From Thalia democratica (Eukaryota): 64,000 nucleotides of DNA. How positions within the stretch are numbered: the first letter of the stretch is position 1; the number at the start of each line of letters is the position of its first letter. The DNA lies in assembly GCA_965202585.1 (NCBI GenBank), contig OZ241827.1, positions 22,878,001 through 22,942,000 on the forward strand, given 5' to 3'. Below, piece by piece: positions 1 to 12,599 of the stretch. Under the pieces are notes generated by a model, which was not told the origin of the DNA, ran no database searches, and was given only the letters and a program-made list of their open reading frames with translations. The translations under genes were made by a program, and so were the position numbers.

Positions 1-443
1 AGTATTGATAATTTACACACTAAAGTTATATAAGAAAAATGAAACTAAATATTTTTGTTTTTATGAAATTTTTTAAAAAACTTAGAATAAGTAGGTTAGT
101 CATGATAAAAAACTGCTTTTGCCACTGTGTAAACTTAAAAATTATACTATTTATACAAAGAAATATTGTGTTTCATAACAAATATAAAGTTTTAGTCATC
201 AAGTCATCAAAACGAAAACATCCCTTCAAGTTTATTTTAAAAACTTTAGAACTGTTTAGATCGAATTTTATGCTTTTGTTTTAAATATAACGAAGTACAA
301 ATACTTAGAAATTATAGATCAAAGTTAAAGTGTTTAAAGAATATATCATTTCAAAACAAGAATAACTTACTTCCTCAAAGCTCGAATGTTCGCTTTAATC
401 AATAATATAAAAAATGGATACGGTGTTGAGTCATCCAGTATTG

Positions 444-597
444 AATTCAATTCAAACGAGCCATTAAAAATTACTGGAATTTCAACCTAAAATTTTATTG
501 GCAATTTAAGCTGACATTTACGTAAGTAATTGTTTACAAACAGATCTGTTTTAATGGCTCTGCATTAGTTGCTTTTTTTAAAATATTGAATTGAATT
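444..597. repeat. Degenerate inverted repeat (possible MITE remnant) in the last MRPS12 intron
   Basis: AATTCAATTCAA (444-455) and GAGCCATTAAAA (458-469) recur as exact reverse complements in mirrored order at 549-560 and 586-597. Confidence 0.5.
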
Positions 598-1364
598 ATT
601 GCGACATATTTTAAATTAATGCCGACATTTGCGGTGCTTTTTCGGTTAAATTGATAATTTCAAAAATTTTCTACGTCAATTGCAATTCCGTTTTTTATAC
701 TTATATACGGTTTGGGAGACTTTAAAAAATCAACAAGATGATTATTAATTCAAGGTATTAGTAGATTTAAATTAGTTAGTTTAATTGTTCATAAAAAAAA
801 CATTACGACATGAATTTAATCGCTGACTCTCAGAGCTAAAATTAAATATTAATTTAGCAATATGGTACTTATCTGTGAATTTTTCTAACCAACACTGTAA
901 GGTTTAACATCCTGTCGAAAATAAATAATATAATTCAAATATTTTTTTATCATTTTGACTGCGAAATTAAAATTTACCAGTGTAAAATTTAAAATTTTAA
1001 TACAAAATATTTTCTTTTTCATCAGCTAACACCTTGAACATCTTTAGTTAAATCAAAAAATTTTGCGGCTGACTTTTTTTTGTGTTTTAGATAACTTTTT
1101 TTAAATATTTTTTCTTTATTTTCAGAAAAAACACAATACTTCAATCTAAAAATATTTAGACTAATTGTTTTTGTACTAATTAATGCTTTATATTGTCTTT
1201 TAAATTTTACTTGTCGAAATGCAACATGTTTTTATTGCAAAAACTGACCGGGTTTTCTACATTTCGTGGTTTTTGTGTTTGTTGTTCGCAGTTTAATCTT
1301 TTATTCAACTTAATTCTTTGTATTTTGTATTCGGATAAGACTTCATGATTTTTTTTTGCATGAA

Positions 1365-1424
1365 TTAATTTATCTGATGTTTTCATAGGAACATCTTAAT
1401 TTATCTTGTATTTTCGCAGGAACA
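1365..1424 (+). repeat. Tandem duplication (period 31) of the MRPS12 last-exon splice acceptor
   Basis: 1365-1393 ttaatttatctgatgttttcatAGgaaca versus 1396-1424 ttaatttatcttgtattttcgcAGgaaca; 24/29 identical. Confidence 0.8.
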
Positions 1425-1530
1425 CAACCAGGTGATAGTGCGAGGGGGCAGGGTGAGCGACCTGGCGGGGGTGCACCACAAAATTGTCAGGGGCAAGCTC
1501 GATTGCGCCGCCGTCGTCAAGAAGTCGTAA
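1420..1530 (+). CDS. MRPS12: Mitochondrial ribosomal protein S12 (uS12m), terminal coding exon; upstream exons lie outside the window
   Basis: Acceptor ttttcgcAG at 1418-1419, then [36 protein letters not shown] (stop 1528-1530). This matches the S12 C-terminal signature EH..V.VRGGRVKDLPGV...VRG.LDC. The exon is GC-rich against AT-rich flanks. No upstream S12 exon (PNSA loop) was found in 1-1419. Confidence 0.85.
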   Translation, partial: EHNQVIVRGGRVSDLAGVHHKIVRGKLDCAAVVKKS

Positions 1531-4500
1531 AATTTCAACTTGTGCTGATTTAACACGTGTCATTCAAAAACAACTTACAGCCGTATTTAAATGTTGATAA
1601 AATTAAAAAAAAATTGTGTTGTAAAGATGTATAGGAAATTGTTATTTTGTTTTTCTTTATAATCATAATGAAATGAATAAATGGCAGCAAGCCAAAAATG
1701 TTTTGTTTTTTATTGTTTTACTACTAAAAAATAACCTCAATGAATAACGCTTTCCGCTGGTAGAACATGCTGAAAAGAAAACAACTGGTTTGTGCGCGTG
1801 TGGAAGCCAGTTTTGAGAAAATCAAAGTTCAATTGTGCTCTGTATTTAAATCACGCCATCAATTGAGAAGTTTCTAAGAAATTTTGATGACTAATCAATT
1901 ATGCAAGCTGGCTTCTATTCATAGCTGGCCTCTCTATTGCCGGATATCTCAAACTTGTAAGTCGCCGTGGCCTTGCAACACGCGCTTGCACCAACTTTCA
2001 ATTGAGCTCGATTTTCTCAATATCGCCTGGCTCGACATTCAACTGAGGGTTCGATTGTTGTTGTTAGCCGGTAGAAATGAAAAGCATTAGGTAATGGTTT
2101 TGACCAGGTCAAATCTGAGTTTTTGTTAATAGTTTTTATTCGTTTTAAGCTGTAGTGGGTTAATGCACAATGGCTCATTTTAAGAAGTTTGCGGATATTT
2201 TTTTTTCAAGTTGTCATTGCAGGTAAATATAAAAGAAGCGCATTGTTTTGCGCCTAAAAGCTTTTTTTTTATTGAAGTAGACTGTGGATACTTCAAACAT
2301 TTGCTTAACTGAATATTTTTTTGAATATGTAATACAACATATCATACTTAAGAGTTAGATCTGGCTACGACAAGTTTTATGAAGAAAACAATTTGCATTC
2401 TGTTATTAAAAAAAGTATGAGGTATTGACAAATTTATGAACAAGTGCTGTTATAATGTTCAAAAAATAATTTGAAGTCTTTTTTTTATTCAAATTAATTT
2501 ATTTATAGCTTTATTAGATTAATTACAAGACATATAAATTTCGCAAAATTTTTGAATTTACTGTTTTTACCTTTTTACTTAATTTATTTGAATTAGTTTT
2601 TTTAAATATATTTATTTCATGTTGCGTTTCTTATGGCTAACCTTTATATCTTTAAGAAAATTATCTTATAAAACATAAAAAAGATAACAATTTCTATAGT
2701 ATAATTAGGAGGGTGGTTGATTTTAAATATCATCATTATGTTTTCAAACTTAAGCTAACATAGCTTACAAAATCCTTTGTACTAGATTGCATACAACACT
2801 CGTGCAACACCACCATGCCAAAAAGCAACGTCAAAACAAATCTTCCACATCTTTCATTACAAAACCGCAACGCAATTACATTCCACCTCAGCCATCTGAA
2901 GCGTTCGAGGCCAGTTTAAAACGTATTAGCAGCCGTTACGAAGCACAAAGCCCAACCCAAAATAATCCATTCGTCTTGTTGAGGCATAATCACCGTGCTT
3001 TTGAAGTAATACCGGTTCAGAGAAATGTTACCAGTTCAGCGGCTTGTAACAAGTCTCGATCAAATCGATTTTAAGCCACTTTGTATTATTTTGGGTAAAA
3101 TAATTGAACCGCACGTTCCGGACATTTCTGAGAACTGCTGGGTTGAAAACATTTGCGGAACCGGTGTAGCACAAGTCTGCTCTACAACCGGGATGAATGC
3201 GTTCATGTGCATTTCAAGAAACTTGTTATGTAAGGTGACGTTATTTTAAGGACATGCATTGAATTATAATCAAAGTTAGACTTCAAGGAAACATACAAAC
3301 ACAACTTTATAGAATATTTTGTCTTACTAGAATTGGTAAAACGTAATTTATAATGCCTTAACTTACTGAAAATTTGAGGTTAAGTATAAAGAAGAATGTA
3401 TTGAAAAACTTACATTTTACGATATTAATTTTTGTTCAGTATACGGAAACTTCTAAGCAAAATAAAGTTAAAATTGTTTATTACATATGTAGTTAAAATG
3501 CACGTCCTTCTTATTGCTTCCAAGACAACTCTCATCTGCAACAACACGCTGCAATAGCGTTATGAATGCTTACAAACAGCAGTGCACAGTAGTTAATTAG
3601 CAATTAAGTTAAGTGGGCGATAGGTGTGAGCAAAGTTTCTACGTGGCTGCCAAAAAATACCAAGCTTTGATGTTGGAGTAGAGCTTATGATTGTTTGATT
3701 AAACCCTGTTTCGCCGTTCAAAAACAAGTCGATTGTAAGCTTTGTTAGAAAGTTTGCAAATTTTGATTTTGGAGTTAATAAAAACTTAGTCGTTGTTTTA
3801 GCTTAGTAAGAACTCATCAACTTTTTTAATATCTATAAAATATTTAATTGCGTTTTAATTGATCTTTAGCGAATAGGTATCTCAATAGTTATAATTTATC
3901 GACATCTATAACTTTAAAACTTGGAGTTTTAATGAACAGTCATGCTTGTAACATAGCACTGCTCTGCAAAAACAAATACTATTTTTTAAAATTAAATATA
4001 AGAACTGAAGAATTTGTAATAACTTTATTCAAACTTTTTTAGTATTGAAAAAAATACTTTGAGATATTGCTGTCAATTAAAAAATGTATTTTTGAAATGC
4101 TATATTACAATTAAAAGGGATAGTTAAATATAGCCATTTATTTTTGTTTTTACTTTTTGTAAGGAAATCATTAACAGACAATAACGTTATTGTTTTTGTC
4201 ATCTGACCTATGTTGAAATTTTCAAAATAAAGATTAAGGACCACAAACCATCTTAATATTTATATAAAATCCGAAGAGTAAAGAAGAAAAAATACAAGTA
4301 TATTTTCTCTGGAAATTTTAAAGATTTTGTTAAATTCTGATGTGACGTGTATTGTTATAAAAAGTAATCTAATTAATATACAAATTATTATAATTTATTT
4401 TATGTTGAAAAAGCGCACAATATAATTGGATTAGTCAAAAAAAAAAGTGTTATAAGTTTTTCATTTGTTTACTAAATTATACGCTGCATTATTAATATGA

Positions 4501-5867
4501 ACAAGTAATAAAAAAGTAGTGTGATTATATTGCCCTCCGGAGTACGACAATGTTAAACAGCAATTAAATTATAATAAAACTAATTATTGAAAAAAAAAAC
4601 AACTGTAAAGTTGTCAATAAATTGTCATACAAAGTATGTGTTGTTTTTAAAACCTGGTAAATCTTTTTTTAATAGCAAATTATTGAAAAAGTTTTAAATG
4701 TCAAATCATGAAAAGGTGAATGAAACTTTCGATCATGCTTGAATACTTTTAAGACTGAAAACAAATTTTTTTCAGGATTTTACATAAAATAAAATATTTT
4801 GTAAAGTAAAGTTGGCTAAGTATGAATTTTTAAATTTAATGTTAAAATTCAGTTAGTTTTACATTAAAAAGAGTCATTTAAAAGTTAAAAATTACAAACG
4901 AAGAAATAATTAAAAAATATAACTTTAAATTAGATATAATAACTTTTAAAAGATAAAGATACAAAAAATTTTGATATAAAATAAATTGTTCTTTATTTGT
5001 TAAATGTTTGTTGATAATTTTATTTTTCTTACGATACTAAGTAAATAGAAAAGTTAACACTTAGGCTGTATTAAAAACTATTTACTGTTCTAAACTTCAT
5101 TTTTATGTATTTGAATATTTAGTACTTTTTGTTTTTTTAAGTACTACACTAATCTTAAAATATTTAGTTATAAAACCCAATAGTTTTTACAGAATTAATA
5201 AACCGCAAGTAAAATATTTTTTTTTAAAAGTCTTCGAACTTTTTTAGTAGCAACATGTTTTGCTTAATTGATATAACTACACTAATTGATTAAAAATAGC
5301 CTAGTTTTGAATGTGCCAAAAGTTTTTTTATGTTTAATTTATTACACAGTGTTTGATACTTACGTGAAAACTATTATAAAAATTTTCATATATCAACACA
5401 AATTACAAAAAATTGTATGACTTATTTGTCATTTTATCAAATACAATTTTTGATAAAAATAAGTATTATATTCAATTTGGGAAAATAAAAAAGAAATCAA
5501 AGTTAGTGTAGGTTTGTAATCAAACTCTACAGTGTACAAAAAGTCAAAAAAAAGTTAAACAAGTGATTTTACAATAATGTTTAATAATTAAAAATAAAGT
5601 TTTGTGCCTGTCACTGTTTTAAAAAATTATACAACCTAAAAAAAAGTTTTTAACTTGATGTTTCTAAAATAATTTTCTAAAATTTAGTTTTAATAAACTT
5701 ATTTAGTATCTAATGTCTAAAACAATACAGTTTTTTTGAATGCTTAAATTTTTTGAAACAAAACAGTTACTTTAGATTTAGTACACGTATCACATAAATA
5801 ATTAGTTTTGAAATAATTATTATGCAAACCTAATCTAATTACAAACTTTTAAATTCAAAGTTAAGAG

Positions 5868-5901
5868 CTAATTATCTGATTTCTGTAAATCAGATAATTA
5901 G
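5868..5901. repeat. Perfect 15-bp inverted repeat with a 4-nt loop
   Basis: CTAATTATCTGATTT-ctgt-AAATCAGATAATTAG. Confidence 0.9.
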
Positions 5902-8900
5902 GTAATTTTTAAAGCTTATAGTTATCTTAATTTACTCTAAGCTTCAAATTGAACATAATTAAAATAAAGAGTATTTAATTGGTAAAAAGCATAACTTTTT
6001 AATGAAGCTTAGACGGCTTTACAGTTCTGTTTAAGGTTTTAGTTGAAGTAACATCTACAAAAAATTAATAGTAGACAGTTTTGTTAAAAATCATATAGTA
6101 GTTTTAAAAGACTTTGAATTTAGAATAAAAATAATATTAAAACTTAATTTAAAGCTTTTTCGTTACACAAAGTGTTGTTTGTATTTATTTTCGTTCTAAA
6201 AATTTGCGAGTATCATTTGTTTATTGAAATTTTACTTATACTTTAGTGTTTGCTTTGTAATAAAACAGCACTTGAGTATTTATTTTCTATTACATCACTG
6301 CTTTTATGATTTTATCTTACTTTAAGCTCCAAAAACGGTAGTAAACAAAGTCGATGGACTTTGTCAGAGAGCTCTTATGGTGCACACTAGTTTTTTATCG
6401 CAAAAGTTAATATTTGCAAAGCAAAGAGCCAATATTTGTTTCGAACAAAGAATAACGTCATTTTAGTAATGTCATTTATAAGAAACGTCTCGTTTTAGCA
6501 TTTCAAGGCTGCTAGGAATTGAAACAGATTTTAATAAAAAAGATGTTCAAAATTTTAATGTTTGGAAAAGTTCATTTTTTCCCGCTTCAATTGAAAAATA
6601 TTTACTTTGTTGAGTATTTGCGCTTTGAACAAATCCTTAGTTTAAATATTTAAGTTGTTTTGTTTATTCATGTGATCTTTGTGTTTGTTTTTACTATTCA
6701 AAACAGTTTGTATAAGTCAATTGCATAACATTGCGTTGCTTTAAAGGTTTATGACCTGTTAAAAGTTTATTACGAATCTACTTTTACTTTTATTGTTACT
6801 ACTAGCAAATTGTAAATAATTTTATTAAAAAAAAAATCTGTATAGTATTTTTGATGAAAAATTGTTGAAAGGACTGTTATGTAGTTTTTAAGGTGAACCT
6901 ACCTTGTTACTTTTACTGTTCCTTTTGTATGCGTGTTTTTATGCAATGAAAAAACATAACTCACAGGAAAAAACGAATTTTACAGATAACATTATATCAG
7001 ATTTGCGTTCGCTTTCCAAAAACTTAACACCACCAAATACATGCTTCAAAAGCTTGTCATGCTGCTTCCAACAGAAATTGCACTTTAACGAGCAAGTGTT
7101 TCAATTAGCCGCTCCAACGGAAAAGTTTATTTTTAAAAGGCAATTAGCGCAACGGTGGTCCTCGCCTCGTTAAGAGCGCGCTCAGGTACCAATTAAAGAC
7201 GACACTCGGCAAGCAACTCACCAATAACAAGTGCAGCTCATTACAGCAGTTGGATTGTTGAGAGATCGGAGAAAGGCGCGTTTTCAAAGCACGCAGGTCG
7301 CAAAATCCAGTTAAAAAAACTGAGACTCTTGTGTGCCAAAGGAAATTGGCTTGGTTTGTCGGCCTCGGCCAAATATTTGCATAATTTTTACCCACGCGCA
7401 GCCGTCTGTTTGCTCAAACTGAAATTTGTGTTAAATTTCAGCAGCGAGTTAAAATAAAATTTCGCCACTTCTCAGAAACGCTAAAATTACCCAGCGCTTG
7501 TTTATTGATTGTCGTTGAAATCGATTATTGCTATAAAGACGATGCAAGGCCGTAATGGATACTCGGTGTTGTTTATTTACGAGGTAAACTGAGAAAAGCT
7601 ACTTAATTTTGTTTTACCTGGGAAAAAAAAAACACGCGTCAAGATTAATTTTAACTCAAATGATTGAAAGCTTTTATGTAATTCTGTTGGGTAAACAAAC
7701 CAAGAAATACCGAGTCAAGGATATTCCAGCAATAAGAGCAAGTATAATTCCAATTGTTCTATTTTTCGACATTGCACAACATTGAGTAAACAAGCTCTGC
7801 TAAAATACCGTCGGAAGCAGCTTAAGTCGCTGCACAACTAAAAAAGCAAACAAACTCAAACGTCACATGGCAGGTAAAACGTTGTGCAGGAAGAAAACGC
7901 AGAATGAAGTTTATAAATAAACTTTTTGACATTGAGCCGCTTAGCTGCTCTCGCCTTCATAATGGCTTTCCGTGTTTTATAAATAGTCCAGAATTCATCT
8001 CCACCGCTCGATATAACGATGATTTCAATCAAAATCTCGCGGCAAACAAAGCGCCGTGTCAAAAAACTGATGACTCTCCATGCACGTCTTGTTTGTTTTT
8101 TGAAAGACAAAAGCATTGGTTTTTTTTGTTCTCGACCTTTTATGTAAGATTGTTTGTTTTGAAGTCGTTTCGTGGTTGTGTAAGCATGTACAACTTTACT
8201 TAAGAGCAGAAGAATAATCTGAATAAAACACGCTGTTTACGTTTGTTTGAACAAAACATTCACGGTTTTTGTGTTCATGACGCACTTTGTAAGTTATTAA
8301 AAATTTTCATGCTCTGGTTTTTACGTGTGTTTGTTTTTTTTTGATTAAAAGGCTTGATATTACGTATGAAAATATTTATGTTGAAAAAAAACACGGAAAG
8401 CGCAGGTAAAATATTGACTATTCAGTCAAAGAAGTTAGATGTTTATGAAACTCACAAATACTTATATTTTATAAGTAAAACAATCTTAACAATTTTAAAA
8501 GATCTTAAAAGCGCATGTCAAAATCAATCTTTTTATTTACAAAAAACAAACAGGTCACCGAAATGTTTGTTTCTAGCGAAAAAAAAAACTTGCAACTTTT
8601 TCATGACGCATTGATGCTAATCTTCCTTCAGCGTTGCGCCTTTCAATTGCAGCTTTGCGCGATGAATTTCCCTTCCCGCTACTTAAGCTGACAGCACAAC
8701 AAGATAAGCCGGGAAAACCCCCCATTCGAGTGTGCGTGGCGGCACCGTGCCAATTTTTTTCCACGATGTTTTGATGGGTGACTGACCCCGCCGCGTGAAG
8801 AAGATGAAAAACGCTGCCCGGTGTGTGAAAACGACCTCTGAAAAAACAGAGCAGAAGCTTTCAGTTGCGGTTCCCACAAGTTTATTTTGTGCAAAGCGAT

Positions 8901-11900
8901 GAGTGTATTGCAAATACTTTTGTTAACAGTGTCAAAGGGCACGGCTGCGACAAAAGACGAAGAAAAAAGTTTCAAGGCGCAGCTCGAAGTCAATGGAACG
9001 AGCGCAGGCTTCTGTCAGCCTTTCAAAGGAACTTTCAAAGGGCGTTGCGAACACACAAAAGCCGTCGTTTCAACGGAACTTTTGTTTAATCCCTTTGTGC
9101 GGGGTCGGCAAACAGGGGTGGTTTGCTGTGTATAGGTTTTGTTGCCTTTTTTTTTTCTTTTGTCGGTTGCCAGTGTGAGGCACATGATAAGCAAAGCGTT
9201 GAAACAACAGTGACGTAATTCATCACACGAAACAAACACTGCCTGCCTGAAAACGCGAGCTGTTTTGTTTGCGTTTCTGAAATCTGATGATGATCATACT
9301 TGTTGCTTTTGGCACTTTGAAAAAGGTGTTTGCTTTGCGATGTAAATTAGACAGCTACAAGTATTAATTCAAGTGCGATACTTCAAATTTGAAATAAAAT
9401 GCGGTAGAGCACTTGCTTGAGTTTTTGATCAAAAAAACTTCGTGAGCTATGACTTACTTTATGATGAATTTGAAGCTTATTTTTCAGTTTTTTGATTTTA
9501 ATTTTAATGTACAAAGCAGAATTTAAACATCTATTTTGAGTCATTTATACTTAAGCTGAACTTTTTTTGTTATGAAACCATTTTAAAACATAAAGTTGTT
9601 TCTTTATACACACATGTAAAGAATATTTACATACCTAACGCATTAAATATTTCTATTTAAAAACCACTGCAGTTTTGTTATCCTTAAGTCATTATAAAAT
9701 TTGCATAATGAAATTTTGTAAAACTTTCCAATTAAGGTCGCACGTAAAATAAATTACAACAAACTTTTTTATCGGCTTGTTCTGAGAACTCGATTGCTGC
9801 TTGTTGTAAACGTGATCACATAAATTGTTTTTTTTTTTTAACTTGCACAATGTCAAGTACTTTTGTGCTTGTAACTTTGAAATGTAGTTATTTATATGTC
9901 ATAAAAGATATGACATCTTTTTTGCTATGATAACTTTAAAGCAGTGTAGATAAAGTAAGACAAGAAGCATGCTACTTTGATACAATAGACTTTTGACCTT
10001 AAAGTTTTTAAAATTTTCTTTTATTGTTTTGAGCAAGAACGAAAAAACAAGATGTAACTATTTTAACTGTACTTAAACATGAAAAAAAGTATTTAAGTTT
10101 TAAACTAAAGTTGGCTGACAGAACTTGTAGTTTTTGAATATTATAAAGTTTTAGTTCAAGCTGTGATTTAGTATATCTGGTTATAATTATACACAACAGC
10201 AGTTTACTAACTTTGTATAATATTTAATAAAAAGAATACAGTTAATTAGTTTAACATGTAGCAAACACATTATATCAATTGCAACAAATAGGTTGTCATG
10301 TATATGCCAATTAAGTAGTAGGAACTATTGTTTTTTAGTTATAGTGTTAATGTTGTTTTGTAAGTTGAAGTCAGTTGTTAAACAGTTTGTTTTGTTTTAT
10401 GCAGCTATTAACTGAAACGTACTTAGTTTGACCTCATTTTAAAAGTTAACTGATTGTTTTCACAACAAAAAAAAAATATTTGTTATTTTCATTAAAACAC
10501 GCTATTCCAGTTTGATAGCAATTAAAATTAAAATTACATCCTTCAACCAATAAAATACAATAAAAAACACATTAAAGATTTTATCAGTTATCAGGCCTAC
10601 TTTATCTTTTATTCAACATTTTATTTCGCAGTTATACGAATAAAATACACAAACATATTTCACGAGATTAAGCTGCGGTCTCGCATGTGAATTAAGTAAA
10701 ACAAACACGCTTGCCAAACACAATCCGAAGGGAGAAACGGCACGGAACTTTTTTATCATCAAACTTTGAAAACCGCCTGTTGTTTACCAGCTTTCCTACC
10801 GCGAAACTAATTTTTATCAGCATCGCGAAACATCCATGAAAAATTCCGTTCAAAACGAACAAAACAGCAGCAACTGCGGATTACAAGCTCCGTCGGCTTC
10901 GAATGAGCGCGCGCAATCAACCGTGACGCGTTGGCTGGCAACCGCCGTCGTCTTTTCTTTTGTTTCGCTCGTCACGGCCCGCTTGCATCCACGTCGAATT
11001 ATCGTGGTCGATTTTTCAGCTGTGTTTTCCGTCTTGGCCGAGGTCCGTCACGCTTCTCGGCGCTGCCAGAAAGTTTTAAAGTTTTTTTTAATGGAGATAA
11101 GAAACGAGAAGGAAAACACGCACGAAAGAATCGGACCGAGCAAAACAAAAGTTCGATTTCGCGGAAAAAAGAAAGCCAAAGAAAGTATAAGAAGCGAAAA
11201 CAACGGCAGAGTTCATTCAGCTGCTTAACGGCTTTGTTCGAGAGCGTTTTTAGTGACGCAACGATGCACACACTTAAAGTTCAATTTAAATACTTTTGCA
11301 TGGTGCTTTTGCCCACAAAAAGCTCACCTGCTTCGAGATATCAGATTTGTTTGATCGATGGTGGCTTACGGCCAGTCGGTGCAAAGACGTGCAAAAATGA
11401 GTTGATTTTTACAGAAAGGTCACCGTTGGTGCTAGTAAATAGTTAACCAGTGTCGGCTGCCGTCGCTTTTATGAAGACTGATATAACTTTGCGCGCTTGT
11501 GCTGTGAGCTCTGTTGTGTAAGTTGCTGAGCAAACAAATTAAATGCAATCAAATCAATCAGCAGAGTAAAAATAGCATGAAAACTGCTTATATAAGCAAA
11601 ACATAAACTTAATGTTACATCACTGCATTTTTTTCGTTTTAAAAATAATGTTTTTGCTTAACTTCTTTCGTTTGAATTTTTTTTTATCTATGAATGACTT
11701 AACTTGTTTTATATGTCTTTAAAACAAGACCTTATTAGTAAAAAAACAAACGAAATAGTTTTCTTTTGTTAATTATGTGACACTAAACATGGCATATACA
11801 ATTCAGGCAATTGTATTAAAAGGCACTTTTGTATTATCTATTGTGATTAGCTTGTTTTTTGTTCTGGTAAAGTAAACAAGTAAAACTTTTTTTTGTTTGA

Positions 11901-12599
11901 AGCTAAAGCTCTAAAGAGAATAAATTAAAAATAATAAAACAACCAAAATGTTTTAAATGTAATATAAAGAAGAGTTTTATGCTTAAAATTTATCAATTGC
12001 TTAGTTTTAGCAATACTATTGTAGTGCTAGAAATAACATTTAATTTTAGGTAGAAATTAGATATTTAGTAAAGCCTAAATAATTAACCACGTTTGGTTAA
12101 AGTACTTGTTTATAGTAAACATATAGTAAAAACTTCCTTGCTTTCCCCAATTAAATTTCAATAACAATGAAAGAGAGCAATAAAACTTTTAAAAAGAGAA
12201 AAATTTTAAACTACAAAAGCTTCCAACGACCTTTTAATTGCTTCAACCTTGTTTATAATTGCTTTCTTAAAATAGCTTTTATAAGAATTAGAAGTTTTTT
12301 TATTGTTTAGAACATTTTTACAGAGAGTTTTATTTTTGAAGGACAGCTTTCTTTGTTTTCATTAGTTTTTCAAGGTTTTGTTCGAGTACATTTTTATATT
12401 CATTTTAACGACTAAAAAAGCTGCAAAAGTATACAAAGAAAGTTTTACATATACGCGGAACTTTTTAGATCGATAACAATGAGTAGATTAATTCTGAAAC
12501 ATCTACAAAGAATTACAAAAAAGTTAACACACAATACAGTGTCTTTTTTTAGCCTTTTTCAAAGTCATTACACTGTTAACATGCGAATGTATTATTCAA

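Noticed and set aside
10836-11446. Overlapping ORFs of 130, 171 and 90 aa in a CpG-rich block
   Set aside because: No recognisable domain, no consistent splice partners, several use non-ATG starts, and ORFs occur on both strands, as expected from local GC content. Better explained as a regulatory block.
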